From positions 42,280,391 through 42,320,202 of the forward strand of contig NC_068984.1 in assembly GCF_001194135.2 (NCBI RefSeq): 39,812 bases of DNA. The letters are read 5' to 3'. The position numbers were made by a program, and so were the translations under genes. Below are positions 13,085 to 25,385 of the stretch, piece after piece (within the stretch, counting starts at the first letter, position 1; every line of letters starts with the position of its first letter). This DNA is from Octopus bimaculoides. Lineage: Eukaryota. The notes under the pieces are model-generated. The model worked only from the letters and a program-made list of their open reading frames with translations. It searched no databases and was not told the DNA's origin.

Positions 13085-13388
13085 CAATGTTTAAAGCGCC
13101 GAGCTTACGACCATGAGGTTGTGAGTTCGAATCCCGGACCGGGCTGCGTGTTTATTTCACGTTGCTCCAGTTCACTCAGCTGCAGAAATGTGTTGCGACG
13201 TCACTCACTGGTGCCAAGCTGTATCGGCATTTGTCTTTCCCTTGGATGACATTGGTGGCGTGGAGAGGGGAGGCTGGTATGTATGGGTGACTGCTGGCCT
13301 TTCACAAACAACCTTACCCGGACTTGTGCCTCGGAGGATTACTTTCTAGGTACAATCCCATGGCCAATCGTGACCGAAGGGGGTCTCC
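13085..13388 (+). mobile_element. tRNA-derived SINE family D
   Basis: B-box GTGAGTTCGAATCCCGG, central TTCACGTTGCTCCAGTTCACTCAGCTG; tail shared with 6706-6800. Confidence 0.75.
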
Positions 13389-13802
13389 GCACTCAGATCC
13401 AAATTAAACTGAACTCATCACAATAAAGAAAGTAGAATGACTTACAAATAAACTTAGAAAAATCACAAAATCCACAATTGGCCAAGAAGAAAAAACAACA
13501 ATTGAGTACAGATAGTTCATACGATTAATTAAGTACATGCGCTACAACAAATCAAAATTATTAGCAGAGAACAAAGCAGCGCACGACGCATCATAACAGG
13601 CGTTGTACACGGACGACTACCATAAACAACATACAGCTCGAAAAAAGATAGGAGAAAAATGCCTGAAAAAAAAAAGGTCAAAGCAAGCTTTAGCTTCTGC
13701 AGTTATGATATAAATGTGAAGCTGGTTTTAAGGGCTGCGGCTCAACGTTCCGCCGAGTACCACTATGGTCTAGGTGCTCGATCTAAGCTAACGTGGGGTC
13801 TA

Positions 13803-13822
13803 CACAACACACACACACGCAC

Positions 13823-13855
<33 letters not shown>

Positions 13856-13880
13856 CACACACACGCACACACACACATAT
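13803..13880. repeat. Imperfect (CA)n
   Basis: Direct reading. Confidence 0.9.
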
Positions 13881-14847
13881 ATATTTATACACGCTTACAC
13901 ACACATACTTACACAAACACACATAAGCAAACAAATATGCACATACATACACAGCGGTATGTGTGCGTATGTGTGTGTACGTATTAGTTGCATACATGTA
14001 AATGTATCAGTGTGTTTATATTTAAGTGGGTAACCTGTTTCACTGAATAAAATGNNNNNNNNNNNNNNNNNNNNNNNNNNNNNNNNNNNNNNNNNNNNNN
14101 NNNNNNNNNNNNNNNNNNNNNNNNNNNNNNNNNNNNNNNNNNNNNNNNNNNNNNNNNNNNNNNNNNNNNNNNNNNNNNNNNNNNNNNNNNNNNNNNNNNN
14201 NNNNNNNNNNNNNNNNNNNNNNNNNNNNNNNNNNNNNNNNNNNNNNNNNNNNNNNNNNNNNNNNNNNNNNNNNNNNNNNNNNNNNNNNNNNNNNNNNNNN
14301 NNNNNNNNNNNNNNNNNNNNNNNNNNNNNNNNNNNNNNNNNNNNNNNNNNNNNNNNNNNNNNNNNNNNNNNNNNNNNNNNNNNNNNNNNNNNNNNNNNNN
14401 NNNNNNNNNNNNNNNNNNNNNNNNNNNNNNNNNNNNNNNNNNNNNNNNNNNNNNNNNNNNNNNNNNNNNNNNNNNNNNNNNNNNNNNNNNNNNNNNNNNN
14501 NNNNNNNNNNNNNNNNNNNNNNNNNNNNNNNNNNNNNNNNNNNNNNNNNNNNNNNNNNNNNNNNNNNNNNNNNNNNNNNNNNNNNNNNNNNNNNNNNNNN
14601 NNNNNNNNNNNNNNNNNNNNNNNNNNNNNNNNNNNNNNNNNNNNNNNNNNNNNNNNNNNNNNNNNNNNNNNNNNNNNNNNNNNNNNNNNNNNNNNNNNNN
14701 NNNNNNNNNNNNNNNNNNNNNNNNNNNNNNNNNNNNNNNNNNNNNNNNNNNNNNNNNNNNNNNNNNNNNNNNNNNNNNNNNNNNNNNNNNNNNNNNNNNN
14801 NNNNNNNNNNNNNNNNNNNNNNNNNNNNNNNNNNNNNNNNNNNNNNN

Positions 14848-14888
<41 letters not shown>

Positions 14889-15520
14889 ATTTACTCAAAC
14901 GCATGTGTGAAATGTAAATATGAAAGAATATACACAAGTGTAATTAGATTGGACTAACAGTTACGCTGGAGACAGTCCGATATCTTACATGTCACATCTC
15001 AAATAGCAGAAACACTTTGGCGTGTTTTAGCAATTATCCCCTTTCCACCATTCTCACTTGGTAATACTGGAAACACCCGAAAAGGCGGGGTGGTAGTTGA
15101 AAATCTAGTTCCGGTTGGGTGTTCGTCTCTCAGAATCAAAGCCAATGTAATAAACAGAAGTGTAATAATCTAATACTTACAAGAAATATTGACTGGTTCT
15201 CGTTGACCACTTTGTTACCAGCAGTGAAACCTTACGTGGTTCATAGTTTTTGCCAACCCTTTGTAAGTAGGTATGGGTATTTGCAACTACGGGATTTTAA
15301 GTTCGATCTCACTGCCCATTATCTTTACCAATGAGTTCTATTATATATAACCTAGCATCGACCCAAAGCCTTGGAAGGGCAATTTTTTAAGACAGAAACT
15401 GTGTGAAAGCACACCGGTGTAAATGTTCCTGTTCTTAGCTAGTAGACTTAATCTTTTATTCGGTTTAGTATCATAAACTACCCATTCACTGTCCTAACCG
15501 CAGTCTGCCGTCTTAGATTA

Positions 15521-15725
15521 TGAAGGCGTGCTGATAAAGCTCCTGGCTTTGAGTAAAAGAAAATACAGGTGGATCAGTTAATTATCATTTTATTCAACAT
15601 ATTTCTCTCTCTTATTCACACATTTATTGCAGCGGTCCTTCAATATATCTAAGCCTTTCAAAAGAACTCAGAAGGCAGGACTTTCGCCATACTCTTAAAG
15701 CCAGGAACTTGTCAGCATCCCTTCG
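15521..15725. mobile_element. 205-bp Tc1/mariner-type MITE
   Basis: Imperfect TIRs TGAAGGCGTGCTGATAAAGCTCCTGGCTTT / AAAGCCAGGAACTTGTCAGCATCCCTTCG; TA at 15519-20 and 15726-27. Confidence 0.85.
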
Positions 15726-15849
15726 TATTTGACATCTTACCTTTGATCTGCTACTGTGGAAATAAAAGGTATCGTACGCGTTCTTTTGGTCTGAATCGTG
15801 TCCATCTGCCTGTCTACAGAAAAGAAATATTTGTATCTTTACTAGTGAA

Positions 15850-16100
15850 ATGCGAAGGAATGGAAAGCTCCAAAGTCAAAACTCAAAGCAGATGCTCTAT
15901 TCATATAGTGTAAATGAAAATATTGAGAATAGTGAAGGAAACACAATGTAAAGTCATTAAATGCAAAGACATGGGTCTTGCTTGAATTTAAAGGGGGCAT
16001 CTTGCAGAAATATGAGCAGTGACAGCTTCGTGATGTTTGAAAGCCAGCGAATGTACGAAGCCGGCATAAACGGCAACAGTGGAAAGATGAGACATATTAC
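15850..16100 (+). mobile_element. Possible very old RTE-like LINE 3' remnant
   Basis: Scattered peptides GHLAE and HKRQQWKDE resemble the RTE C-terminus; many stops. Confidence 0.25.
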
Positions 16101-16559
16101 AATGTCACTTGATCGCAAATTGAATCTTTTTATATACTAACTTCCACTTCGCCTCGCTCTCTCGCATAGAGATGTTTCATCTCCACCAATTTACTTCTGT
16201 TTAATTCTCATCTATTCTACATTCAATTTCTTTAAGTCACCTACTTCTTCCATTATTCCTAACTCTTTATTCTTCCCTTTCCTCATATACTTTCCTTCCT
16301 TCCTTCCTTCCTTTCTTTTTTTTTCTTTCTCTTTGATAGTTTTGTAAACTTATAAAAGTCGCCAAATAACCGCCTCAGAGGAGACCTGACTTCTAAGATA
16401 CTGAATGGACACACATATATTGGTAAAGATGAACATTCTCCCCACAAACAAATAACATAAAAACACATTTTAAAATGTTTAAATGAACTTGCCGATTCTT
16501 CTTCTTTATGATCATATGTGGACTCTAATACAAACTAAACTACATCACATTATCATACA

Positions 16560-17210
16560 AACCAAAGATCCTGTTCTTTTCTGAGCTGCATATCTTCCAA
16601 CCTTTATCAACAACCCACATCTGTCTCTAATCCACAAGTTCACCTTTGAAAGGTGGTGTCTGCTCATATGTAGAATCCATCACTAACTTTTCTCAACTAG
16701 ATTAACAACAAAGATGTCCAATTAATTTGGTTCATAATCTACCCACATCACTATTCTAAATTCTTTTATTTCGTTTACGTCTCTCCGAAATTCCTCAACA
16801 GCTAACTACTAATACAGCATATCTCATTTTGCATCTTATTCCACTCATTTCTGAAGTCATCATCATTGGCGACTTCAAAGTCACCAAACCTTGCTCTCGC
16901 ACTCGACTCATACAGATGTTGCTGAATCAAGAATTGAATCTCTGGTTATCCTAAACTTTCAAAATCTTAATCTTTCTATTATCTCCCACATGTATTCCTC
17001 ATCATCACAATTTAAACACCGTTAATCTCTTTATCAACTCCCAAACCAAACTTTAGCAAACTACCAGTCTTTGCACATACCAGATCGTCTGACAACTACC
17101 TAACAAATTCACATACCACATAACCACATACTATTCGACGCTTCCGTCCATATCACTTCAAGACGGCTAAGAGGTCAAACTTCACAACATCTATGAAAAC
17201 CAGTGGGTTT
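16560..17210 (+). pseudogene. Heavily decayed APE endonuclease of a CR1/L2/Jockey-type LINE
   Basis: Ordered motifs FYFVYVSP, EVIIIGDFK, PT..P....NTVNLF, SSDNYL and YHFKTAKRSNF, broken by frameshifts. Confidence 0.55.
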
Positions 17211-17614
17211 CTCTTTGGCCCTCCCGAAATTGTTGAGCAGGAGACAATCTCTTTAGACACTAAATTTTACTCTGGGGTATATCCATAGATTTTAGTCGTC
17301 ACTGCAAAAATAAATTAAATATATTAGCTACATGAGACAGTTATAAACACCTATCTTATAACAATCCTACCATGGACAGTAAAAGTGGAATCAACTGAAC
17401 AATTTTTTCACGTAATTAAAGCGATAGGATTTGGTACATCATAATTTATTTTAACTTCAAAAATGTTTGCCATAACCGTTTGGCCACCATTTATGAACTT
17501 CCTATGGTGCATCATGTTCACCTCTATCTGTTTGGGCCCCTAAGCACAGTGTATCAACCGCCATGAATTAATGTGTCTACGAAGTGGAAATTTACCTTTA
17601 AATGTCACTTCAAC

Positions 17615-17795
17615 CGATTTCAAATTTTGGAACAAGGCCAACAATTTCGCGAATGAGAGTGGGGGTTAAGTCGATTGCATCGACGGTAATACTCAACCCC
17701 GAAAGAATGAAAGGCAAAGTCGACCTCACGGAATTTAAACTCAGAACGTAAAGATGGACGAAATGCTGCTAAGCACTCTGCCCGCCTTGATGCCA
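17615..17795 (-). mobile_element. SINE family A (tail A3), decayed
   Basis: GAAAGGCAAAGTCGACCTCACGGAATTTAAACTCAGAACGTAAAGA; tail TTTCAAATTTTGGAACAAGGCCA. Confidence 0.85.
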
Positions 17796-19607
17796 CTTCA
17801 TATTAATTAGACTTTATGTTTTCTATTCACAAATATCAATTAACTTTATTGTATATCAACCCTATATATATATTTGGTTTTAACGAATAATTCATACCTT
17901 TCTTGTTCTAGCCTAGTAGATCAAACATGAAGCGTGTGTTCCCTTTGTTATGACAGCGGTACCATCTCATACAGAATCGTCTCATTCTGTGTTAGTCTTG
18001 TAACCGCTACAAAAACCATCCAGTATCAGGCTTTATTGCGGGACTTCGACTAAAGGCCCCACCCACTTAAAAACAATCGGGACCCCCTGTATGTTATTTG
18101 AGCTGTGTAATTTCTGGTGTACGATATGTTTGTGTAAATGTCTTGGCTCACCGCAAGCTTGTTTGTATATTCGCTTTCATGCAGAAATCGCCTCCGCACG
18201 CCAGAGACTTTTGGCATGTTTACAAATTAACGAAAAAAGATTTAAGTTCCCCTTCACCAACCTTTCTGATGACGACAACTGCAAGAACAACAGTTACAAG
18301 TTAAATAAGAGGATGATGAAGAAAAAGAAAATGAAAAAAAGAAGAGATAGGAAAAGGAGTTAAAGAAAAAGACAGACAAGAGCAGTGAGGAATATACCCA
18401 AATATACAGAAAGACTATACAGACACACGCACATGCACTCTCTCTCTCTTTCTCTCAAACACAAATACACACATACATGCACACGCACGGACACACACAC
18501 ACATACACATAGGCAACATATAGTGGCACATACAGAGGCAACTATATATAAAAAATATATAAAATCATTATACACGTATGATTATATATGCATGTAGATA
18601 TATAGATATACATATATGTATATACATATATATGGATACATATATATATATATANNNNNNNNNNNNNNNNNNNNNNNNNNNNNNNNNNNNNNNNNNNNNN
18701 NNNNNNNNNNNNNNNNNNNNNNNNNNNNNNNNNNNNNNNNNNNNNNNNNNNNNNNNNNNNNNNNNNNNNNNNNNNNNNNNNNNNNNNNNNNNNNNNNNNN
18801 NNNNNNNNNNNNNNNNNNNNNNNNNNNNNNNNNNNNNNNNNNNNNNNNNNNNNNNNNNNNNNNNNNNNNNNNNNNNNNNNNNNNNNNNNNNNNNNNNNNN
18901 NNNNNNNNNNNNNNNNNNNNNNNNNNNNNNNNNNNNNNNNNNNNNNNNNNNNNNNNNNNNNNNNNNNNNNNNNNNNNNNNNNNNNNNNNNNNNNNNNNNN
19001 NNNNNNNNNNNNNNNNNNNNNNNNNNNNNNNNNNNNNNNNNNNNNNNNNNNNNNNNNNNNNNNNNNNNNNNNNNNNNNNNNNNNNNNNNNNNNNNNNNNN
19101 NNNNNNNNNNNNNNNNNNNNNNNNNNNNNNNNNNNNNNNNNNNNNNNNNNNNNNNNNNNNNNNNNNNNNNNNNNNNNNNNNNNNNNNNNNNNNNNNNNNN
19201 NNNNNNNNNNNNNNNNNNNNNNNNNNNNNNNNNNNNNNNNNNNNNNNNNNNNNNNNNNNNNNNNNNNNNNNNNNNNNNNNNNNNNNNNNNNNNNNNNNNN
19301 NNNNNNNNNNNNNNNNNNNNNNNNNNNNNNNNNNNNNNNNNNNNNNNNNNNNNNNNNNNNNNNNNNNNNNNNNNNNTGACGCGTTCGCGTGAAGAAAAAG
19401 CATGTAAGAATGCATGTTATGATATGTAGAATTGCATTAGCAACAAACTGAAGTTTTCCCATTTTTGAATTTGTTTTTGTTTTCAAGGATCTTGTTGCTA
19501 GCAGACCACCGGCGGTGGCTGACGCTCTCTTTTCAACTTCTTTTTTTTTTTGCTAAACGCGTGAACATAATTTGCAATAACAATATTAATAACAGCAACA
19601 AAAACTA

Positions 19608-19640
<33 letters not shown>

Positions 19641-20375
19641 TATCTCATTATCAACAACAACAACAACTACAACAACAATACAATGGTAACAACAAAATAG
19701 GGCAACGACAACGTTATAGAAAGCAATAGCCAGAACAGTTTTGGAAAAGGGCTGAATTGGTGAAATCGAACGCAGTACTTGCCTGGTATATTCTGACTGA
19801 TCTCACAGCAGGCGGAGTTTGAACTGGAACTGAAGTGACTCAACATGATCTAGCAAACGTGTTTTGTCCTTGGCTCTCAAGACTGTTACCTCGTTACTTC
19901 CACACTTTCACCCTCCTTTTCTTCTTGCTCCTCTTCCTTTTCCTCCTTCTCTTAGACCTGCAGCTGCTGTTAGCCTTGACACTCACGTTAAACCTTCAAC
20001 TCTGGTTGGAAGTGAGGTATCTACTTTGCAAGTCGAGGATTTTTGGTTGCAGAAAGTTTGGGCGTTGCTGGAAGTGCCGGCAAGTAGGTCACTGATAGTG
20101 AGGACGAATAGCCAATAATTATTTTCATTTACGAAAAAAATATTTCATAAAAACTTGCGAAAAACTTGCGTATTTCTAATTTGAAATTGTACGCAGGTAA
20201 TGAAAAACTACACTTTGCTGTCAATAAAACTCAGCAAATCTATACCTAAATTTACAAATATCTTTAGCTGTTAAAAAAATGTTCGCTTTTAAATAGGCTT
20301 TAAACATTTTTATTAGCTATTTCAATTCAAGTAAGTGCATTGTCTAAAGTCGCATTCAATATCTTGCAAATGTAA

Positions 20376-20586
20376 GGCGGTGGACTGGCAGAATTGTTAG
20401 CACACCGGGCAAACTGCTTAGCGGCATTTCGTCTGTCCTTATGCTCTGAGTTCAAATTCCGCTGGGATCGACTTCGCCATTCATCCCTTTCGGGGTCGAA
20501 GCACCAGATGAACACTTGGTTCGATATAATCTTACCCTCTGCACCCAAAGTTGCTGACTCTGTGCCAAAATTTGAAACCAGTATTG
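20376..20586 (+). mobile_element. SINE family A (tail A3), full length
   Basis: GGCGGTGGACTGGCAGAATTGTTAGC...GAGTTCAAATTCCGC...GTGCCAAAATTTGAAACCAGTATT. Confidence 0.9.
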
Positions 20587-20816
20587 TTTTCAAATGTATT
20601 TGAGATCACTGTTGTTACCAATGTCATGCACTGGGGTCATTGTGTTCCTTCATTTCAAATACTGAGGGATTATTTTATAGACAAGGGTGTGACGCAATTT
20701 TCGCTTTGCCCTATCTTCAATATTAGAAACAACACATCTAATGCTATATAATCATTCTTACCCGATATATGTCTCATAGTATCAACGATGACTGTTCTCA
20801 GATTGTTCTATAAATA

Positions 20817-21206
20817 CAGGGTGGGTGGAAAGTAACGGCATTAGAAATTGCTTATAGAATTTTTAGCATCACTGAAGGCATGTCAAAAACCTTTTTTAAA
20901 CAGTCAACACTAATGGGGATTTCTTATTTTCTTATTGTCTTATTTCTTATTTTCCAGATGGCCGGTCACTTGACTGCACAGGAGCGAGCTAAGATAGCAG
21001 CACACTATGAAGTGTGAAATTCCAGTGTTCTTGTTCAGAAATGGTGGCGTACATGGAAAAGTAAGCATGCAACACTACGTCCGGCGACAATAAAAAGTTA
21101 TGCAAAGCTGATGATCACGGGTTCTGTGAACGATGCAATAAATTTGTAAAAGGATTATAGATTTTATAAACAATTTTTAATACCTACTTACTTTTAACCT
21201 ACCCTG
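20817..21206 (+). mobile_element. 390-bp internally deleted Tc1/mariner-superfamily element (DUF4817-like N-terminus)
   Basis: TIRs CAGGGTGGGTGGAAAGTAA / TTACTTTTAACCTACCCTG; TA at 20815-16 and 21207-08; ATG at 20958 gives MAGHLTAQERAKIAAHYEV*NSSVLVQKWWR...LMITGSVNDA. Confidence 0.85.
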
Positions 21207-21929
21207 TAGAACAACAAAGAAACCTTTGTGACTGTGGCAATGCATAGATGCGTTACCTTCCTTCTTTCAAGTGTCTGTGTGACAGTATAGGGTAAAAAAA
21301 CATTTGATTATAATGCGGTCATACTATTTTCTTTCGTTTAAATGTTGCATGCCTAGAGCTAGTCTATTTCAAGACAAAACTAGTACCCCATTCAAATTTC
21401 TATCATCTTTTCATTTGAAAAACAAACAAAAAAAAAAACCTTGCATGTGTGTGTGTGTGTGAATGTGCGTACATTCATGTGTGTGCATATGTGTGTGTGT
21501 GTGTGTACGTGCACATGTATGTGAATGTATATATATGCGTGTGTGCAAGTGCTAAATTCTTGTTTTTATTTTCGGAAAATCACTAGAATTGCTCATTCTA
21601 ATGTTACTGTCGATAGAAAAGTCATTATTATTTGTTTAAACGAGTTTGTCTTCCTGCATAATATTCTTATTTGTAGGTGTTTTTTGTGTGATAGTTTTCA
21701 TTCTTAATTTTTTTCTTTCGGGGGCGTCGCTGCTATTTTCGTAATAGTTTTGTATATGTATGCAGACAAATAAGAGGAGAGAATGTAATTTATCTGCAAG
21801 TAAACTGAAATCTGCATAGGCAGTTTTCCATATTCTTCAAATCTCTCTGTATGAGAAAATAATTAAAAAATTATTAGCTCGTGCAGTTTGAAGGGTGATT
21901 TCAAAACACGTCTGAATAGGTCAGCAGTG

Positions 21930-21942
21930 AATAATAATAACA

Positions 21943-22018
<76 letters not shown>

Positions 22019-22029
22019 TAATAATAATA
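21930..22029 (+). repeat. (AAT)n microsatellite
   Basis: Direct reading. Confidence 0.97.
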
Positions 22030-22288
22030 GGAAGAATTTAAAGCAAGCATGAGAACAGTAAAAGTCGTGCCTATAATAACTGGTGCGTTGGGAACAGTAA
22101 GCAAAGATATAGACAAATGACTGAAGAAGTTTGGAATAGAATGGCCAATAAAGCTCCCATAGAAAGTTTGTCTCTTAGGGACAGCACAGCAAGGAGTATC
22201 AGGAGGGTTCTAAGGAGTCGACAATAGTGGCAGAGACAACAACTGTCTCTACATCTGTCTCTACAATACAGGGCTCAATACTAATAAT
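22030..22288 (+). mobile_element. 5'-truncated R4/Dong-like LINE 3' end
   Basis: RTVKVVPIITGALGTVSKDIDK*LKKFGIEWPIKLP*KVCLLGTA; short UTR ending AATACTAATAAT. Confidence 0.8.
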
Positions 22289-23598
22289 TTTAATGTCGCA
22301 CAAATATGTCTTACGAAACAAAAAAGGCAACTTCAACAGTACACCTTAATCTGGAAGATTAAGAAGAGAGCCAGCCTGGGGTCGAAAAGTCATCCACTGG
22401 CACACATTCTCCTCTGAATATGAACCTGGATGGTCACTTGAACGGGAACTACCTCAACTCGAGTCCTCCAAGTCCACCACCACACCCACACAGAAAGAAA
22501 AATGTAAGAGGAACAAATGGACTCGAGAAGAGTAGAGTATACAGAAGTAATATGTGCCTATTATTATGCATTAGACGAGCTATCTGATGAGATACAAACC
22601 GCACACTCTTATCAAATATGGAGAAGACGAAATCAAGACAGCAGACTACATTTGGACGAAAACAAGTTGGCAAATGTTAGGAGGGATATCTTCAGAAATA
22701 AAAGACTAACAGATAATGGAATAAGCGCGATCAAGCAAGCAGCAGAAAATGATCTAAATATAAGACAGAAAGGAAATGAACAACTAGACGAACCAACCGT
22801 TCACAGGTCTTAATTGAAAGACCACCATCTCACAAGAACACGCAAACGTCTGGAGAAATAAATTGTAATGAACCTGATAAAGATAGCGAGGAAAGTGGTA
22901 AAGAAACAATATTGGTTAACGTGTCGGCTTTATAAAATCAAAACTGCTGACAAATGGTACAAGCACCACGCTGAGGCTGTAACTGAGAGAGAAAACGTAA
23001 CTATTCTGTGGGACTTCCCACTATGTACAGATCAGACCATCAAGGCAAATAAACCAGCTATTGTTGTGAAAGACAAAAGCAATAGAGCCTGTTTATTTAT
23101 TGACATGAGCATATTCTGCGACCATAATATCTCGATAAAAGAATTTGATAAGCTCAGAAAATATAAAGATTTGCTAATCGAAATCGAAAAGATGTGGCAT
23201 CTCAAGACAGTTACAATACCAGTGATTGTAGGAGCACTTGGAATGATCAAAAAAGGAACTGAAAATTATTTAAGAATGATCCCTGGCTTACCATCCATGC
23301 AGGAAGTGCAAAAGATTGTCTTAACTGGTACGTCACACGCATTGAGAAGAGCATTGTCGCTGTAAATTTTATTTCCTTTTCCCCCCTCTATACTTTATTT
23401 GATTACTTTTCTATTTTTTTTGTTTTTTCCCTTTTCTCTCTGTCTTCCCCTTTTTCTCTGTCATATGAATTTCTAAATGGACAACCTGGTGTGCTTGTTT
23501 CAATGGCTTACCAATGTATACAGTCCGTTTTTTTTTTGTTCTAGGCGTCAGAAATGGAAACAGAATTGAAAGAAGATGTTAATGAAAATAATAATAAT
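22289..23598 (+). mobile_element. Internally deleted R4/Dong-like LINE (N-terminus joined to RLE domain, no RT)
   Basis: N-terminal KWTREE/YTEVICAYYYALD...DENKLANVRRDIFRNKRLT; C-terminal ILWDFPLCTDQTIKANKPAIVV..FIDMS..DKLRKYKDL..IPVIVGALG..QKIVLTGTSHALRRALSL* (to 23365); UTR; AATAATAATAAT at 23587-98. Confidence 0.88.
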
Positions 23599-23619
23599 AG
23601 TGAACACGGTCCACTGATT

Positions 23620-25039
23620 TAGTACTGATGTTACAATGGAATTAAGACTCAAGAAGTGCGGAATAATCTACCTAAAAAGGGGCAAGATACAGTTCCTAGC
23701 AGGAACAGAATTACCGAATAAAGACTTGATTATGCAAATTAAAACGGAAAGGGACAAATACCTTCCTGTACTAGAGGCCAACGAGATAATGGAAAAGGAA
23801 ATGAAAAAGCAACTGAGGATGGAGTATTTCTGAAGACTGAGGTTGGTGCTGCCCTCAAAATTTACTGGATGGAATAAAATTCAAGCAGTTAATACATGGG
23901 CGATAGCATCCCTTCGGTATGGAGTGGGAATTATAAAATGGCAAAAGAGAGAAATTAAGAAAATGGATGTCAAGACCAGAAAAATCACAGAGTGATACCG
24001 ATAGGCTGTAGTTGTCCAGAAGGAAGGATGAGACAGCCTAGGGTGGTATATAAAAATGCCGTGGTGCTGCTGTTGAAACACACGAAGAAGTCCGGTGTCA
24101 TCATAACTGAAAATTGTGTAATAAAGAAAAATTTAAACAAGAAATGAACAGAAGAAAAAAGAAAAAGCATGGAAAGAAAAGAAAATGGACGGTCAGTTTG
24201 CAAGAGAAGTGAACGCCAAGACAGAGAGGACCGGTGGCTATGGATGAAGAGGAGTGACCTGAGGATAGAGACAGAAGCACTCATATACGCAGCTCAGGAA
24301 CAAGCGTTAAGGACCAACTATGTGAAGTGCAGAATAGGCAACACTACCGATAGCGACAAATGCAGAATGTGTGGTGAGAGAAGTGAAACGGTATGGTACG
24401 TCGTTAGCGAATGCCCGAAATTGGCACAACGCAAATACAAAAGACGCCATGACAACGTGGCAAAAGTGATCCATTGGGAACTCTGTGGAAATCACGGCCT
24501 ACAAAGAGCAAAGCTTTGGTATCAGCAAACCTTAGAAGGAGTCACCGAAAATGAGAATCGCAAAATCCTGTGGGATGCAATGATCCAGTGTGATTACCTG
24601 ACCAGACATCGGAAACCAGACATTGTTGTGAATAAAAAACAAAGAACATGTATGGTAATCGACATAGTATGCCCCGGTGACAACAGAATCAATATTAAAG
24701 AAGAAAAAAATAAACAACTATGACGATTTGAAGTGGGAAATACGAAAGTTGTCAATGAAAAGAGTAGACGTGATACCAACAGTAATTGGTGCACTTGGAA
24801 GTATCAGCACTCAACTTCCAGCATGGCTAAAAAAAGATCGCTGCAAGTGTGAAGGTAGAACACCTACACAAATCAGCATTGCTTGGAACTGCATGAATTC
24901 CTCGCAGGGTTCTTGAAGCATGACCAGTAAAACAAATGTCACCTTAGTCTGTTGGCTGTGGACAGCTGACACTTTACATCATACCCAGCAATATAAGCTG
25001 TGAGTTTAATACAACAATAATAATAACAATAATAATAAT
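23620..25039 (+). mobile_element. 5'-truncated R4/Dong-like LINE (end of RT, CCHC, RLE, 3' UTR, AAT tail)
   Basis: LKKCG..KRGK..KYL..LEANEI; AVNTWAIASLRYGVGII; AAQEQALRTNY..CRMC..ETVWYVVSEC..RRHDNVAKVIHW; ILWD..RKPDIVV..IDIVCPGD..YDDLKWEI..VIGALG; many stops and frameshifts. Confidence 0.92.
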
Positions 25040-25250
25040 CTTTTCTACTAAAAGTACAAGGCCTGAGATTTTGGAGGAGGGGTTAGGTTGATTACATCGA
25101 CCCCAGTACTTCACTGGTACTTAATTTATCGAACCCAAAAGAGTGAAAGGCAAAGTCAATCTCCGCGGAATTTGAATTCAGATCGTAAAGGAAGATGAAA
25201 TGCTACTAAGTGTTTTGCCCGGCGTGCTAACGATTTTGCCAGCTCGCTGT
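25040..25250 (-). mobile_element. SINE family A (tail A1), full length
   Basis: Reverse complement of head GACAGCGAGCTGGCAAAATCGTTAGC and tail CAGGCCTTGTACTTTTAGTAGAAAAG. Confidence 0.9.
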
Positions 25251-25251
25251 C

Positions 25252-25385
<134 letters not shown>

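Noticed and set aside
10666-19486. Long ORFs (250-410 aa) at 10.7-12.0, 14.0-14.9 and 18.5-19.5 kb
   Set aside because: They only span N-gaps. Only the end of 10666-11898 is real (LINE C-terminus).
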